From: Vulcanimicrobiota bacterium
Lineage (GTDB): Bacteria > Vulcanimicrobiota > Vulcanimicrobiia > Vulcanimicrobiales > Vulcanimicrobiaceae
Assembly (NCBI GenBank): GCA_003135555.1
Contig: PLCF01000014.1
Span: forward strand, 1 to 64,000
Reading direction: 5' to 3'
Length of the DNA stretch: 64,000 bases
Positions 21,155 through 29,697 of the stretch are shown piece by piece; position 1 is the stretch's first letter; every line of letters starts with the position of its first letter. Under the pieces are notes generated by a model. It was given only the letters and a program-made list of their open reading frames with translations, was not told the DNA's origin and did no database searches. Both the position numbers and the translations under genes were made by a program.

Positions 21155-21826
21155 TTAGTGAAACGCGGCCAGCTTGACCGACTTCGCTCCCAGCGCTTGC
21201 GCGAGATCGTAGAACGCTTGGTTCGAGATCTGGTGATAGTTCGCGTCGAGCTTCGCGCCGAATTTTGCATCGATCGCGGCCATCGTCGATTCGTGGATCC
21301 CGTGCGTCACGAGATGATCGAGCATCGTGCCGGTCGCAAAGGCGCCGTTGTTGCCGGGGACGCCGAGTCCGACGAGCCGTGCGGCCAGCGTCTTACCGCT
21401 GATGTTCGAGGCGGGAAACGTCACGCCGGCCGCCATCGCGGTCGCCGCGGATTGCGTGACGGCGAAGTTCTGCACGGTAATGAAATTGCCGACCGCCGCC
21501 TTGCCGTACTGCTTTGTCAGCTTGTTGACTTCGGCCGTGGTCAAGGCCGGGCCGACCAGCGCGGTCAGTGCGGTGGCGATCGAGAAGTTGGTCGGGCCGC
21601 CGCCGGCTTTTACGAGGGAGATCGTGGCCGCCAGGTCGGGCTTGCCGGTGTAGGCGTAGCCGTCGCCGCCGGGCGGCATGCCGTGCTCGGCGGTCATCGA
21701 GCTCATCGAGCCGTGGGTCATCGACATCGGCGCCGCCGACGATATCGCCGACTGGGCGAAGGCGGGGGCAAGCGAGAGCGCGGCAAGCGCCGCGCCGGCC
21801 GCGACAGCTGTGAATCGGTTGATCAA
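21155..21826 (-). CDS. Secreted hypothetical protein with Met/His-rich N-terminus
   Basis: RBS ggag, TTG start, AFA signal cleavage, MSMTHGSMSSMTAEHGM, and a terminator downstream. Confidence 0.72.
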   Translation of the reverse strand: MINRFTAVAAGAALAALSLAPAFAQSAISSAAPMSMTHGSMSSMTAEHGMPPGGDGYAYTGKPDLAATISLVKAGGGPTNFSIATALTALVGPALTTAEVNKLTKQYGKAAVGNFITVQNFAVTQSAATAMAAGVTFPASNISGKTLAARLVGLGVPGNNGAFATGTMLDHLVTHGIHESTMAAIDAKFGAKLDANYHQISNQAFYDLAQALGAKSVKLAAFH

Positions 21827-21889
21827 GTGCTTGTTCTCCAGGAAGGGGTTCGTCCAGATGAACGGCCCCGCCCCAAGGACGGATTGGCC

Positions 21890-22318
21890 TTACTCGACGG
21901 CCGCGATCGAACGCCGGTCGGCGGGATCGTCGCTGGGCGTGCCGGCGAGGAACGCCGCGAGGATCTCGCGGCCGACCGCCGGGCTGGTGGCGCGCAGGCT
22001 CAGTGCGAGTACGTTAGCGTCGTTCCAGCGCCGTGCGCCGTCGGCGGTCGCGGCGTCGGCGCACAGCGCCGCGCGAACGCCGCGCACCTTGTTGGCCGCG
22101 ATCGAAATCCCCGTGCCGGTCCAGCAGCACACGATGCCCAGGCCGGCACGTCCCTGTGCCACTTCTGCGCCGACCGCACGCCCGATCGACGCCCACTCTT
22201 CGGACCCGTCCGCGCCCAAGGCGCCGAACCGCACGACCTCGATGGCGCGGCGCTCCAGCTCGTCGAGCAACGCGTCGGTCAGCGGCCCCTGGTCGTCCGA
22301 TCCGATCGCACAGCGCAT
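21890..22318 (-). CDS. RpiB/LacA/LacB sugar-phosphate isomerase
   Basis: IGSDD, CWTGTGISIAANKVRGVRAALC and WNDANVL motifs. Confidence 0.9.
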   Translation of the reverse strand: MRCAIGSDDQGPLTDALLDELERRAIEVVRFGALGADGSEEWASIGRAVGAEVAQGRAGLGIVCCWTGTGISIAANKVRGVRAALCADAATADGARRWNDANVLALSLRATSPAVGREILAAFLAGTPSDDPADRRSIAAVE

Positions 22319-22325
22319 CGCCGGG

Positions 22326-22739
22326 TTAATGCTGGATCGTGATGTAGTCGGCCTGGAGCGTCCCGTCCGGGTCGGTGTGCCCGTTCACGTCCACCACCGA
22401 GCCGACGCCGGGCGTCCCGCCCCGCGGGCTGATGACCGTGCCCTGGTGCAACTTGACGGTGCGGTAGCAGTTGGTGCCGCACTGCACCTGCATGTCGAAG
22501 CGCTTGTAGTACGACACCGTCCCGCGCGCGTTGTTGCGCGTGTTGATCGCTTCACGCTGCAGAATCTGCGCGCCGACCCCGAGGATCGTCTGAATGATCG
22601 CGGAGTTGGGGGTGTTCGGCGGCAGCGTCGGGACCGCGATCGGGGTCGGCACCGGCACCGGGGTCGACTGCGCCCCCGCGAGTGAGCCGGCACCCAGAGC
22701 GAGAACGAGGGCGGACGTGGCGATCGAAGAGAGACGCAT
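22326..22739 (-). CDS. Secreted hypothetical protein (OB-fold/DUF5666-like C-terminus)
   Basis: Signal peptide MRLSS..AGA, Pro-rich linker and LHQGTVI..VDVNG..DGTLQADYI. Confidence 0.55.
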   Translation of the reverse strand: MRLSSIATSALVLALGAGSLAGAQSTPVPVPTPIAVPTLPPNTPNSAIIQTILGVGAQILQREAINTRNNARGTVSYYKRFDMQVQCGTNCYRTVKLHQGTVISPRGGTPGVGSVVDVNGHTDPDGTLQADYITIQH

Positions 22740-22778
22740 TGTAGGGGAGGAACGTGGCGCCGCAGGCACAGGGTTCCG

Positions 22779-23489
22779 GTGACTGAGATCCGGGACGCCT
22801 CGACGGTGATCGTCGGACGCGATACGAGCGAGGGCTTGCAGGTCTTCATGGTCCGGCGCAGCGCGCGGGCCGTCTTCTTGCCCGACCGTTACGTCTTCCC
22901 CGGCGGCCGCGTCGACGCCGCCGACCGCGACGAGGCTGGGCGGCTGCGCGGCTCGGCGGGCGACATCGAAGCCGCCTACGTCATGACCGCGGCACGCGAA
23001 ACGTTCGAAGAGGTCGGGCTGCTCTTCGCCGACCGGGGGGTCGACGCGGAAGCGTTGGCCGCCGCGCGCCGCGCGATGGTCACCGGCGAGCTGTCCTTCG
23101 GCGGCGTTCTCGAACGCCTCGACGTTTCGGTGGACGCGTCGCAGCTGCGCTATTTCTCGCGCTGGGTGACGCCGCAGGCCGAGCTCGCCCGGCGCTTCGA
23201 TACGCGGTTCTTCGTGGCGCGCGCTCCGCAGGATCAAGTCGCCGAAGCGGACGCGACCGAGGTGAGCGACGGCCGCTGGTTCGGCCCGGCGGAGGCGCTC
23301 GCGGCGCAGGCGCGGGGTGAGATCAACCTGATCTTCCCGACGATCAAACACCTCGAGCGTATCGCGCCGTTCGGCGACGTCGCCGCGCTGCTCGCGTTCG
23401 CGCGCACCAAAACGATCACCACGGTTACGCCGGAGGTGCAGCCCGGACCCAGCTTCGTGATGATCCCCGAGCTGGAGAACGCATGGTAA
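22779..23489 (+). CDS. NUDIX hydrolase
   Basis: VFPGGRVD...AARETFEEVG and WVTP..RRFDTRFF motifs. Confidence 0.88.
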   Translation: MTEIRDASTVIVGRDTSEGLQVFMVRRSARAVFLPDRYVFPGGRVDAADRDEAGRLRGSAGDIEAAYVMTAARETFEEVGLLFADRGVDAEALAAARRAMVTGELSFGGVLERLDVSVDASQLRYFSRWVTPQAELARRFDTRFFVARAPQDQVAEADATEVSDGRWFGPAEALAAQARGEINLIFPTIKHLERIAPFGDVAALLAFARTKTITTVTPEVQPGPSFVMIPELENAW

Positions 23490-24409
23490 CGCTCAGTCCG
23501 CGCGTCGGCCGGCTGCGCGCGCGCAACCCCTCGCCGATGACACTGGACGGCACCAACGGCTACGTCGTTCGCGTCGGCCCCCGGGCGCTCGTCGCGATCG
23601 ATCCGGGGCCGGTCGATGCCGCGCAGCGCGATGCGTTCCTCGCGGCCGCGCGCGAAGCGAATGCGGCGTATGCGGCGATCCTGGTCACGCACGGGCATCC
23701 CGACCACTTTCCGGGCGCCGCCCCGCTTGCCGCGGCGACCGGCGCGCCGGTGTTCGCGCATCCCGAGGCGCGGTTCCCGCACGACCGTGCGCTCGCCGAT
23801 GCCGAACGGCTGGCCTTCGACGACGCCGCGTTCACCGTGCTGCACGGTCCCGGTCACGCGCGCGATCACCTCATCTTCGTGCTCGACGACGAGCGCGCGC
23901 TGTTCACCGGCGACGTAATTCTGGGCACCGGCACGGTCGTCGTCGCGCCGCCTGGCGGTGAGATGCGCACCTACCAGCGCACATTGCATCGCCTGCGCGA
24001 CGAGTACGGCGACGCCAACGCGATCTACGGCGGCCACGGCCCCGAGGTGCGCGCCGTGCGGGCGAAGCTGGACGAGTACATATTGCACCGTGAAGCGCGC
24101 GAGCGGCAGGTCGTCGACGCCCTCGCGGGCGGCGGCGCGACGATCCCCGAGCTGGTCGCGCGCATCTACACCGACGTCGATCGACGCCTGTGGCCCGCCG
24201 CGGCGCGCCAGGTGCTCGCATACCTCATCGCGCTCGAAGCCGAGGCTCGCGTTCGCAGCGAGCGCATCACGCGCGGGCCGACCGCGCAAGAAGCGGCGCT
24301 GCTCGACCCCGACCTCTCGAAGCTCGGCGAGGAGGCAGGCGCCGACGTGATTCGCGCCGAGCTGGGCTACGGGTCGGCAGAACCGTTGTTGCGGTACAGG
24401 CTCGCGTGA
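23483..24409 (+). CDS. MBL-fold metallo-hydrolase (LACTB2-like)
   Basis: NPSPMTLDGTN, THGHPDH, PGHARDH, FTGD and GHG motifs. Confidence 0.88.
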   Translation: MVTLSPRVGRLRARNPSPMTLDGTNGYVVRVGPRALVAIDPGPVDAAQRDAFLAAAREANAAYAAILVTHGHPDHFPGAAPLAAATGAPVFAHPEARFPHDRALADAERLAFDDAAFTVLHGPGHARDHLIFVLDDERALFTGDVILGTGTVVVAPPGGEMRTYQRTLHRLRDEYGDANAIYGGHGPEVRAVRAKLDEYILHREARERQVVDALAGGGATIPELVARIYTDVDRRLWPAAARQVLAYLIALEAEARVRSERITRGPTAQEAALLDPDLSKLGEEAGADVIRAELGYGSAEPLLRYRLA

Positions 24410-24431
24410 GGGCCCTGTCGAGCCGCGCTGG

Positions 24432-25841
24432 TCAGATCAAGACGCCGATCGCGACGCCGATCGCATGCGCGGCGATCGGCACGGCAACATCCCGCGCGGC
24501 GTCGAGCAGCCACTTTCCGGCTTTCCCGAGCGCCGTCCAAATCTTCTGCTTGTCGTTCTGAGCGGCGCCCGCCTCGGCTTCGGAGAGCGCGGCGATCGCG
24601 GCGACCTTCTCCGGTCCGTCCGGCTTCGTCGCTACGTGCTCTTTCAGCGTGCGCAGCTCGGCCCCGAGCGCGGCCAAGTCCACGCCGTCCAAGTACGTCG
24701 GCTGAAAGTTGTTGACGCCCTGATTGATTGTACCTGGTCCAGTGTTGAGGCCGCCGATGTTCGCGTTTCTGAAGTCGTTCATGATGGTGACCGTAGCTTC
24801 TTTCTTTTGGATGATCGCGATGGTCCGCGCATGCAGGGACGTTGTGGTCTGGTCGATTTGGCTCAAGATGCGATCGCGCTCGCCCGGGACGATGGCGTCG
24901 CTCGTGCCGAGCGCCATGTCGGCGAGCAAACGGTCTTGGCCGGCTAGCTTTCGCGCGGTCGACTCACTGCGCTTGACCCGGGAGTACGCTTCGGTGAGGT
25001 ACTGCTCGAGCTTCTTGGTGTCGCCGTCGACCGGAATCCTCGTCGGCCTCAGATTGTCGAAGACGAAGCCGAGACATTCGTATTCCGCGTGAAGGCGTAG
25101 AAGGCTCAAGCGCAGGTGCCGCGCCGCGCCGCGATCGAAGCCCTCCCGCAGCGTCATCACCCAGGCCGGAATGGTGCGCTTTCGGAAGATCACCCTACGC
25201 AGCTCGATCGAGATGCCGAACTTCTCACGGAGTTGCGGACCGGCACGCACCGGATAGGGAAGCTCGACGATCTCGTCTTCCAGATGCTCGACGAAGAGAA
25301 TCGGCTGCCCGGATGAAACGCTCCAGCCCGGGCTGGGATGCTGTTCGACGAGGTTCTTCTTCGTCGTCGCGCGGTAGTACAGCAAGCGCAGCGCTTCATC
25401 CGCGTCGGCCAGTCGCGTCGTCGTTCTCTTGCCGCGCGCGTCGTTGACGGACAGGGCGGTCGTGAGGAAGCTCTCGATCAGGGCCTGCGTCTCGGCGCCG
25501 TCGAGCTCTATCGACGGATCGCCCGAGACCGCGATCCCGAGCTCGAAACGGGCGACCGCCAAACCGTCGAAGTAGAACCGGCGGAACACGCCGCGCTTGC
25601 GCAGCGCCTCGCCGTTGCGAAACGCGGCATCGCCGAAGTGAATGCCGCGATTTGCCGAGCAGAAGATGTCCTCGCCCCAGCCGATCAGCCCGCCGCGCGG
25701 GCGTTTGTCGACAACGCCGACGAAGCGAACGAAGTGCTTTCCCGGCAGCGGCGACGGCCAATTCGGACTATCGAGGCGCGGAGTCTCTCCGGCCGCGAAG
25801 CCCCGCGCGTCCGCGAGCGGATACTGTATCGTTAACAGCAT
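24432..25841 (-). CDS. Hypothetical protein with N/G/I-rich motif and helical C-terminal domain
   Basis: 469-aa ORF with coherent composition and no recognisable enzyme motif. Confidence 0.7.
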   Translation of the reverse strand: MLLTIQYPLADARGFAAGETPRLDSPNWPSPLPGKHFVRFVGVVDKRPRGGLIGWGEDIFCSANRGIHFGDAAFRNGEALRKRGVFRRFYFDGLAVARFELGIAVSGDPSIELDGAETQALIESFLTTALSVNDARGKRTTTRLADADEALRLLYYRATTKKNLVEQHPSPGWSVSSGQPILFVEHLEDEIVELPYPVRAGPQLREKFGISIELRRVIFRKRTIPAWVMTLREGFDRGAARHLRLSLLRLHAEYECLGFVFDNLRPTRIPVDGDTKKLEQYLTEAYSRVKRSESTARKLAGQDRLLADMALGTSDAIVPGERDRILSQIDQTTTSLHARTIAIIQKKEATVTIMNDFRNANIGGLNTGPGTINQGVNNFQPTYLDGVDLAALGAELRTLKEHVATKPDGPEKVAAIAALSEAEAGAAQNDKQKIWTALGKAGKWLLDAARDVAVPIAAHAIGVAIGVLI

Positions 25842-26008
25842 CCGCCCGCATCACGTCTATGAGCCCCATTCGACCGATCCGCCATGAGGCCACCCTCTCG
25901 TGCAGCCTTTCGGCAGCGTGCCATCGTGTCGTCACGACGAATCGGAGTCTACGATGGTGGACAAATCTTAGCCATCTCGACCAGGCCCGTCAAGCCTCGC
26001 CACGCCGG

Positions 26009-27043
26009 TCACGCCTCGCCGACGGCCAGCAGCACCTTGCCGAACTGCGCGCCCTTGTCGACCGATTCCGCTGCTGCGGCGACGTCGTTCATCGCGTAGA
26101 CCCTATCGACCACCGGTTTGATAGCCTGTCCTGAGCTTGTCGAAGGATCGAACATCGCGAGCATCGCCGCGAAGTCGTGCGGCGAGCCCATCGACGAGCC
26201 CATGATGTCGAGCTGCTTCCAGAACACCGAGTACGGCCGGATCTTCGCGTCGCCGGTCGTCCCGCCGTAGATCACGACGCGCCCGCCGTAGCGCGTGACG
26301 TTCACCGCTTTGCCGAGCGTGTCGCCCCCCACCGAGTCGACGACCAGGCTGGGCCCGCCGTCGACCGCCTGAACATCCTTCTCCCACCGTTCCGCCGTGT
26401 TGTAGTTGATGGCGACGTCGGCGCCCAGCGCTTTCGCACGTTCGAGCTTCTCGTCGCTCGACGACGTCACGATCACTTTGGCGCCGATTTTCTTGGCGAA
26501 CAGCAGCACGAACGTTTGCACGCCGCTTCCCACGCCCGGGATCAGCACCACGTCGTCCTTGGTGCAGCCGCCGCGCGAAACGAGCGCGCGATAGGCGGTC
26601 ACACCGGCCAGCGGAATCGCGGCCGCTTCGTCGTCGCTCAGCGATGCGGGCGCAGGGTGGACGTTTTCGGCCGGGACCGCGATGTACTCCGCAAACGTGC
26701 CCTGGTGCGGCATCCCGAGCACCTGCGCGCTGCGCAGCCAAATGCGCTGACTCGGCCCCCACCCCAGCGTCGGGTCGATGACGACGCGCGTTCCGAGGGC
26801 CGGGCCCTGCGCCCCCTCGCCGTGCGCCGCGACGGTGCCGGCGCCGTCCGAGCCGGGGATGCACGGCAGCTGGATCCCCGGATAGAGGCCCTGGCTGATG
26901 AACACGTCACGCCGGTTGAACGCGGCGCGGCGGACGGCGACGAGCATCTCGCCGGGCGCCGGCTGCGGATCGTCGACCTGCTCGACGCGGAAGTTCTTGG
27001 GACCGTTCTCGCGGTCGATCTCGTGGAGGCGCACGGCTCGCAT
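26009..27043 (-). CDS. MDR/zinc-binding-dehydrogenase-family oxidoreductase
   Basis: NRRD, IPGSDGAG, GTFAEY and GVGSGV motifs. Start MRAVRL. Confidence 0.88.
   Translation of the reverse strand: MRAVRLHEIDRENGPKNFRVEQVDDPQPAPGEMLVAVRRAAFNRRDVFISQGLYPGIQLPCIPGSDGAGTVAAHGEGAQGPALGTRVVIDPTLGWGPSQRIWLRSAQVLGMPHQGTFAEYIAVPAENVHPAPASLSDDEAAAIPLAGVTAYRALVSRGGCTKDDVVLIPGVGSGVQTFVLLFAKKIGAKVIVTSSSDEKLERAKALGADVAINYNTAERWEKDVQAVDGGPSLVVDSVGGDTLGKAVNVTRYGGRVVIYGGTTGDAKIRPYSVFWKQLDIMGSSMGSPHDFAAMLAMFDPSTSSGQAIKPVVDRVYAMNDVAAAAESVDKGAQFGKVLLAVGEA
26124..26147 (+). repeat. 24-nt REP-like element inserted in frame (copy 2)
   Basis: gcctgtcctgagcttgtcgaagga reads as (D)PSTSSGQ(A) in the minus-strand gene. 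Confidence 0.7.
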
Positions 27044-27133
27044 CCCGGCTCGGTACGAGCACGGCACCGGGAGCGCCTACCGGCGACCGTGAATGACGCT
27101 CCCAACCGCTAGCGTCTCCGGTTTGGAGAGGAC

Positions 27134-28444
27134 TTGGCTTTTCCGTCAGTGAGCTTGGGACCGCCCATCGCGAAACCGCTGTCCCGCCTGGAAGTCGAGA
27201 TCGAGGCCAACCGCTGCCTCAACTGCTACGACGCGCCGTGCATCCGAGCGTGCCCGACCTCGATCGACGTACCGCGCTTCATCGGCCGCATCGCGACGGG
27301 AGATCTGCGCGGTAGCGCGCACACGATCATGGAGGCCAATCCGGTCGGGGCCAGCTGCGCGCGGGTGTGCCCGACCTCCCAGCTGTGCGAGGGCGCCTGC
27401 GTCTACAACGCGGACGCCAATCCGATCCGGATCGGTGACTTGCAGCGCTACGCGACGGATTGGGCGATTCGGACCGGCGCGACGCTCTTCTCGGCGGGCG
27501 AACCGACAGGCAAGCGCGTCGCGGTCGTCGGTTCGGGTCCGGCCGGACTGGCCGCGGCGCGCGACTTGGCGATTCTCGGACACGCCGTCACGATCTTCGA
27601 GCGCGACGACGCGCCCGGCGGGCTGGACACCTACGGGATCGTGCCGTTCCGGCTGCCCGCGGAGATCGCGATCTGGGAAGCCGAGCAGGTGCGCGCGCTG
27701 GGCGTCGAGTTCCGTACCGGGGTAGCGGTCGGCGAAACGCTCAGCGCCGACGCCGTTCTAGCGGGCTACGATGCCGTCGTGTTGGCCGTGGGGATGGGGA
27801 ACGTCCCGCGGCTGGGGATCGAAGGCGAAGACGCCGCCGGCGTGTGGGACGCGCTCGATTTCATCCGCATCGCCAAGATGGGGGGCGACGTCGGAACGCT
27901 CGGCGACGCGGTAGCGATCATCGGCGGCGGCAACACCGCGATCGACGCCGCGACCTGCTCGCGGCGGCTAGCCGTACCGTCGGTGACGATGTACTATCGC
28001 CGCGGCACCGAGCGTATGACGGCCTACGATTTCGAGATCGAGTTCGCCCAAGTCGAAGGCGTCGAGTTCCGCACCTTCACCCTGCCCAAGCGCATCGTCG
28101 TGGAGAACGGCCGCGTCGCCGGGCTCGAGATCGTCTCGACCGCGCCCGACAACAGCGCGCGCCCGCTGCCCGGAACCGAACGTGTCATCGCGGCGCAAAC
28201 GGTGATCTTGGCGATCGGCCAGTCGCGGCACGTCGCGCTGCTCGACGCGTTCGACGTCACCCACGACGTCAACGGGATCGCGATCGTCGACGAGGCGATG
28301 CGAACCAACAACCCGCGCGTCTATGCCGCCGGGGACTGCATGTTCAAACCCGGCGGCACCGACGCGATGGTGGTCGAGGCGGCGCAGCGCGGCAAGACCG
28401 CGGCGCAAAGCATCGATCTCTTCCTGCGTGCGGAGGTACGCTGA
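27134..28444 (+). CDS. preT: Dihydropyrimidine dehydrogenase subunit (GltD-like)
   Basis: CLNCYDAPCIRACP, CARVCP...CEGAC, GSGPAG and GGGNTAID; first gene of the pyrimidine operon; RBS ggagagg with TTG start. Confidence 0.85.
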   Translation: MAFPSVSLGPPIAKPLSRLEVEIEANRCLNCYDAPCIRACPTSIDVPRFIGRIATGDLRGSAHTIMEANPVGASCARVCPTSQLCEGACVYNADANPIRIGDLQRYATDWAIRTGATLFSAGEPTGKRVAVVGSGPAGLAAARDLAILGHAVTIFERDDAPGGLDTYGIVPFRLPAEIAIWEAEQVRALGVEFRTGVAVGETLSADAVLAGYDAVVLAVGMGNVPRLGIEGEDAAGVWDALDFIRIAKMGGDVGTLGDAVAIIGGGNTAIDAATCSRRLAVPSVTMYYRRGTERMTAYDFEIEFAQVEGVEFRTFTLPKRIVVENGRVAGLEIVSTAPDNSARPLPGTERVIAAQTVILAIGQSRHVALLDAFDVTHDVNGIAIVDEAMRTNNPRVYAAGDCMFKPGGTDAMVVEAAQRGKTAAQSIDLFLRAEVR

Positions 28445-29697
28445 TGGCCGATCTCTCGATCGATCTGGCGGGGATCAAGAGTCCCAACCCGTTCTGGCTG
28501 GCGTCGGCCCCGCCCACGAACTCCGGCTATCAGGTCATGCGCGCCTTCGCGGCGGGCTGGGGCGGCGCCGTTTGGAAAACGTTGGCGCTCGAGCCGATCG
28601 TCAACGTCACCTCGCGCTTCGCGGGGTTCAACATCGGGCCCAACCGCATGGCCGGGATGAACAACATCGAGCTCATCACCGATCGGCCGCTCGAGGACAA
28701 CCTGCGCGAGATCGCGGAGTGCAAAGCGGCCTACCCCGACCGCGCCATCGTGGTCTCGTTGATGACCGAGTGTACGCGCGAGAGCTGGCACGAGCTGGTG
28801 CGGCGCTGCGAGACGGTCCCGCTCGATGGGTTCGAGCTCAACTTCGGCTGCCCGCACGGGATGTCGGAGCGCGGGCAAGGCGCGGCGGTGGGGCAAGACC
28901 CCGAGCTCATCGAGATGGTCACGCGCTGGGTGAAGGAAGCCGCGCACGTCCCCGTCATCGTGAAGCTCACGCCCAACGTCACCGACGTGCGCTACCCCGC
29001 GCGCGCCGCTGCCAAAGGCGGCGCCGACGCGATCAGCCTGATCAACACGATCAACTCGCTCATCGGGGTCGATCTCGACACCTGGCTGCCCGTCCCGCAC
29101 GTCGACGGCAAGTCGTCCCACGGCGGCTACTGCGGCGCGGCCGTAAAACCGATCGCGCTCAACATGGTGGGAGCATGTGCGAAGGACTCCGCGGTCGGGA
29201 TACCGATCTCGGGGATCGGCGGGGTGGGCGACTGGCGCGACGCCGTCGAGTTTATGCTGATGGGATCGACGAGCGTACAGGTCTGCACCGCGGTGATGCA
29301 CCACGGCTTTCGCATCGTCGCCGACATGATCGACGGGCTCAACAACTACCTCGACGCGCGCGGGATTGCGTCGGTGAACGAGCTCGTCGGGAAGACCGTG
29401 CCGCGCTTCGTCGACTGGAACGACCTCAACCTCGACTACAAGATCGTGGCGCGCATCGACCCCGAGACCTGCATCCGCTGCAACAAGTGCTACATCGCCT
29501 GCGAGGACGCGGCGCACCAGTGCATCGACCGGCCCGCCGATCCGCGCCTGGCGCCGGTCGTCGACGAAGAGCACTGCGTGGGCTGCAACCTGTGCGCCAT
29601 GGTGTGCCCGGTCGTCGACTGCATCGAGATGGTGCGCGTCGACGCCGGCGACACCGTCCACACCTGGAGAGAGAGGCTGACATCGGCACAATTGTAA
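28444..29697 (+). CDS. preA: NAD-dependent dihydropyrimidine dehydrogenase subunit PreA
   Basis: NPFWLASAPPT, NNIELITDR, NFGCPHGM, KLTPN and C-terminal 2x[4Fe-4S] motifs; TGATG overlap. Confidence 0.94.
   Translation: MADLSIDLAGIKSPNPFWLASAPPTNSGYQVMRAFAAGWGGAVWKTLALEPIVNVTSRFAGFNIGPNRMAGMNNIELITDRPLEDNLREIAECKAAYPDRAIVVSLMTECTRESWHELVRRCETVPLDGFELNFGCPHGMSERGQGAAVGQDPELIEMVTRWVKEAAHVPVIVKLTPNVTDVRYPARAAAKGGADAISLINTINSLIGVDLDTWLPVPHVDGKSSHGGYCGAAVKPIALNMVGACAKDSAVGIPISGIGGVGDWRDAVEFMLMGSTSVQVCTAVMHHGFRIVADMIDGLNNYLDARGIASVNELVGKTVPRFVDWNDLNLDYKIVARIDPETCIRCNKCYIACEDAAHQCIDRPADPRLAPVVDEEHCVGCNLCAMVCPVVDCIEMVRVDAGDTVHTWRERLTSAQL

Noticed and set aside
28323..29681. Long N-terminal extension of hydA (and similar extensions on preA, the lipase, the ROK gene and the PYROXD2-like gene)
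   Set aside because: These are alternative-frame read-through of the upstream gene, not real fusions.
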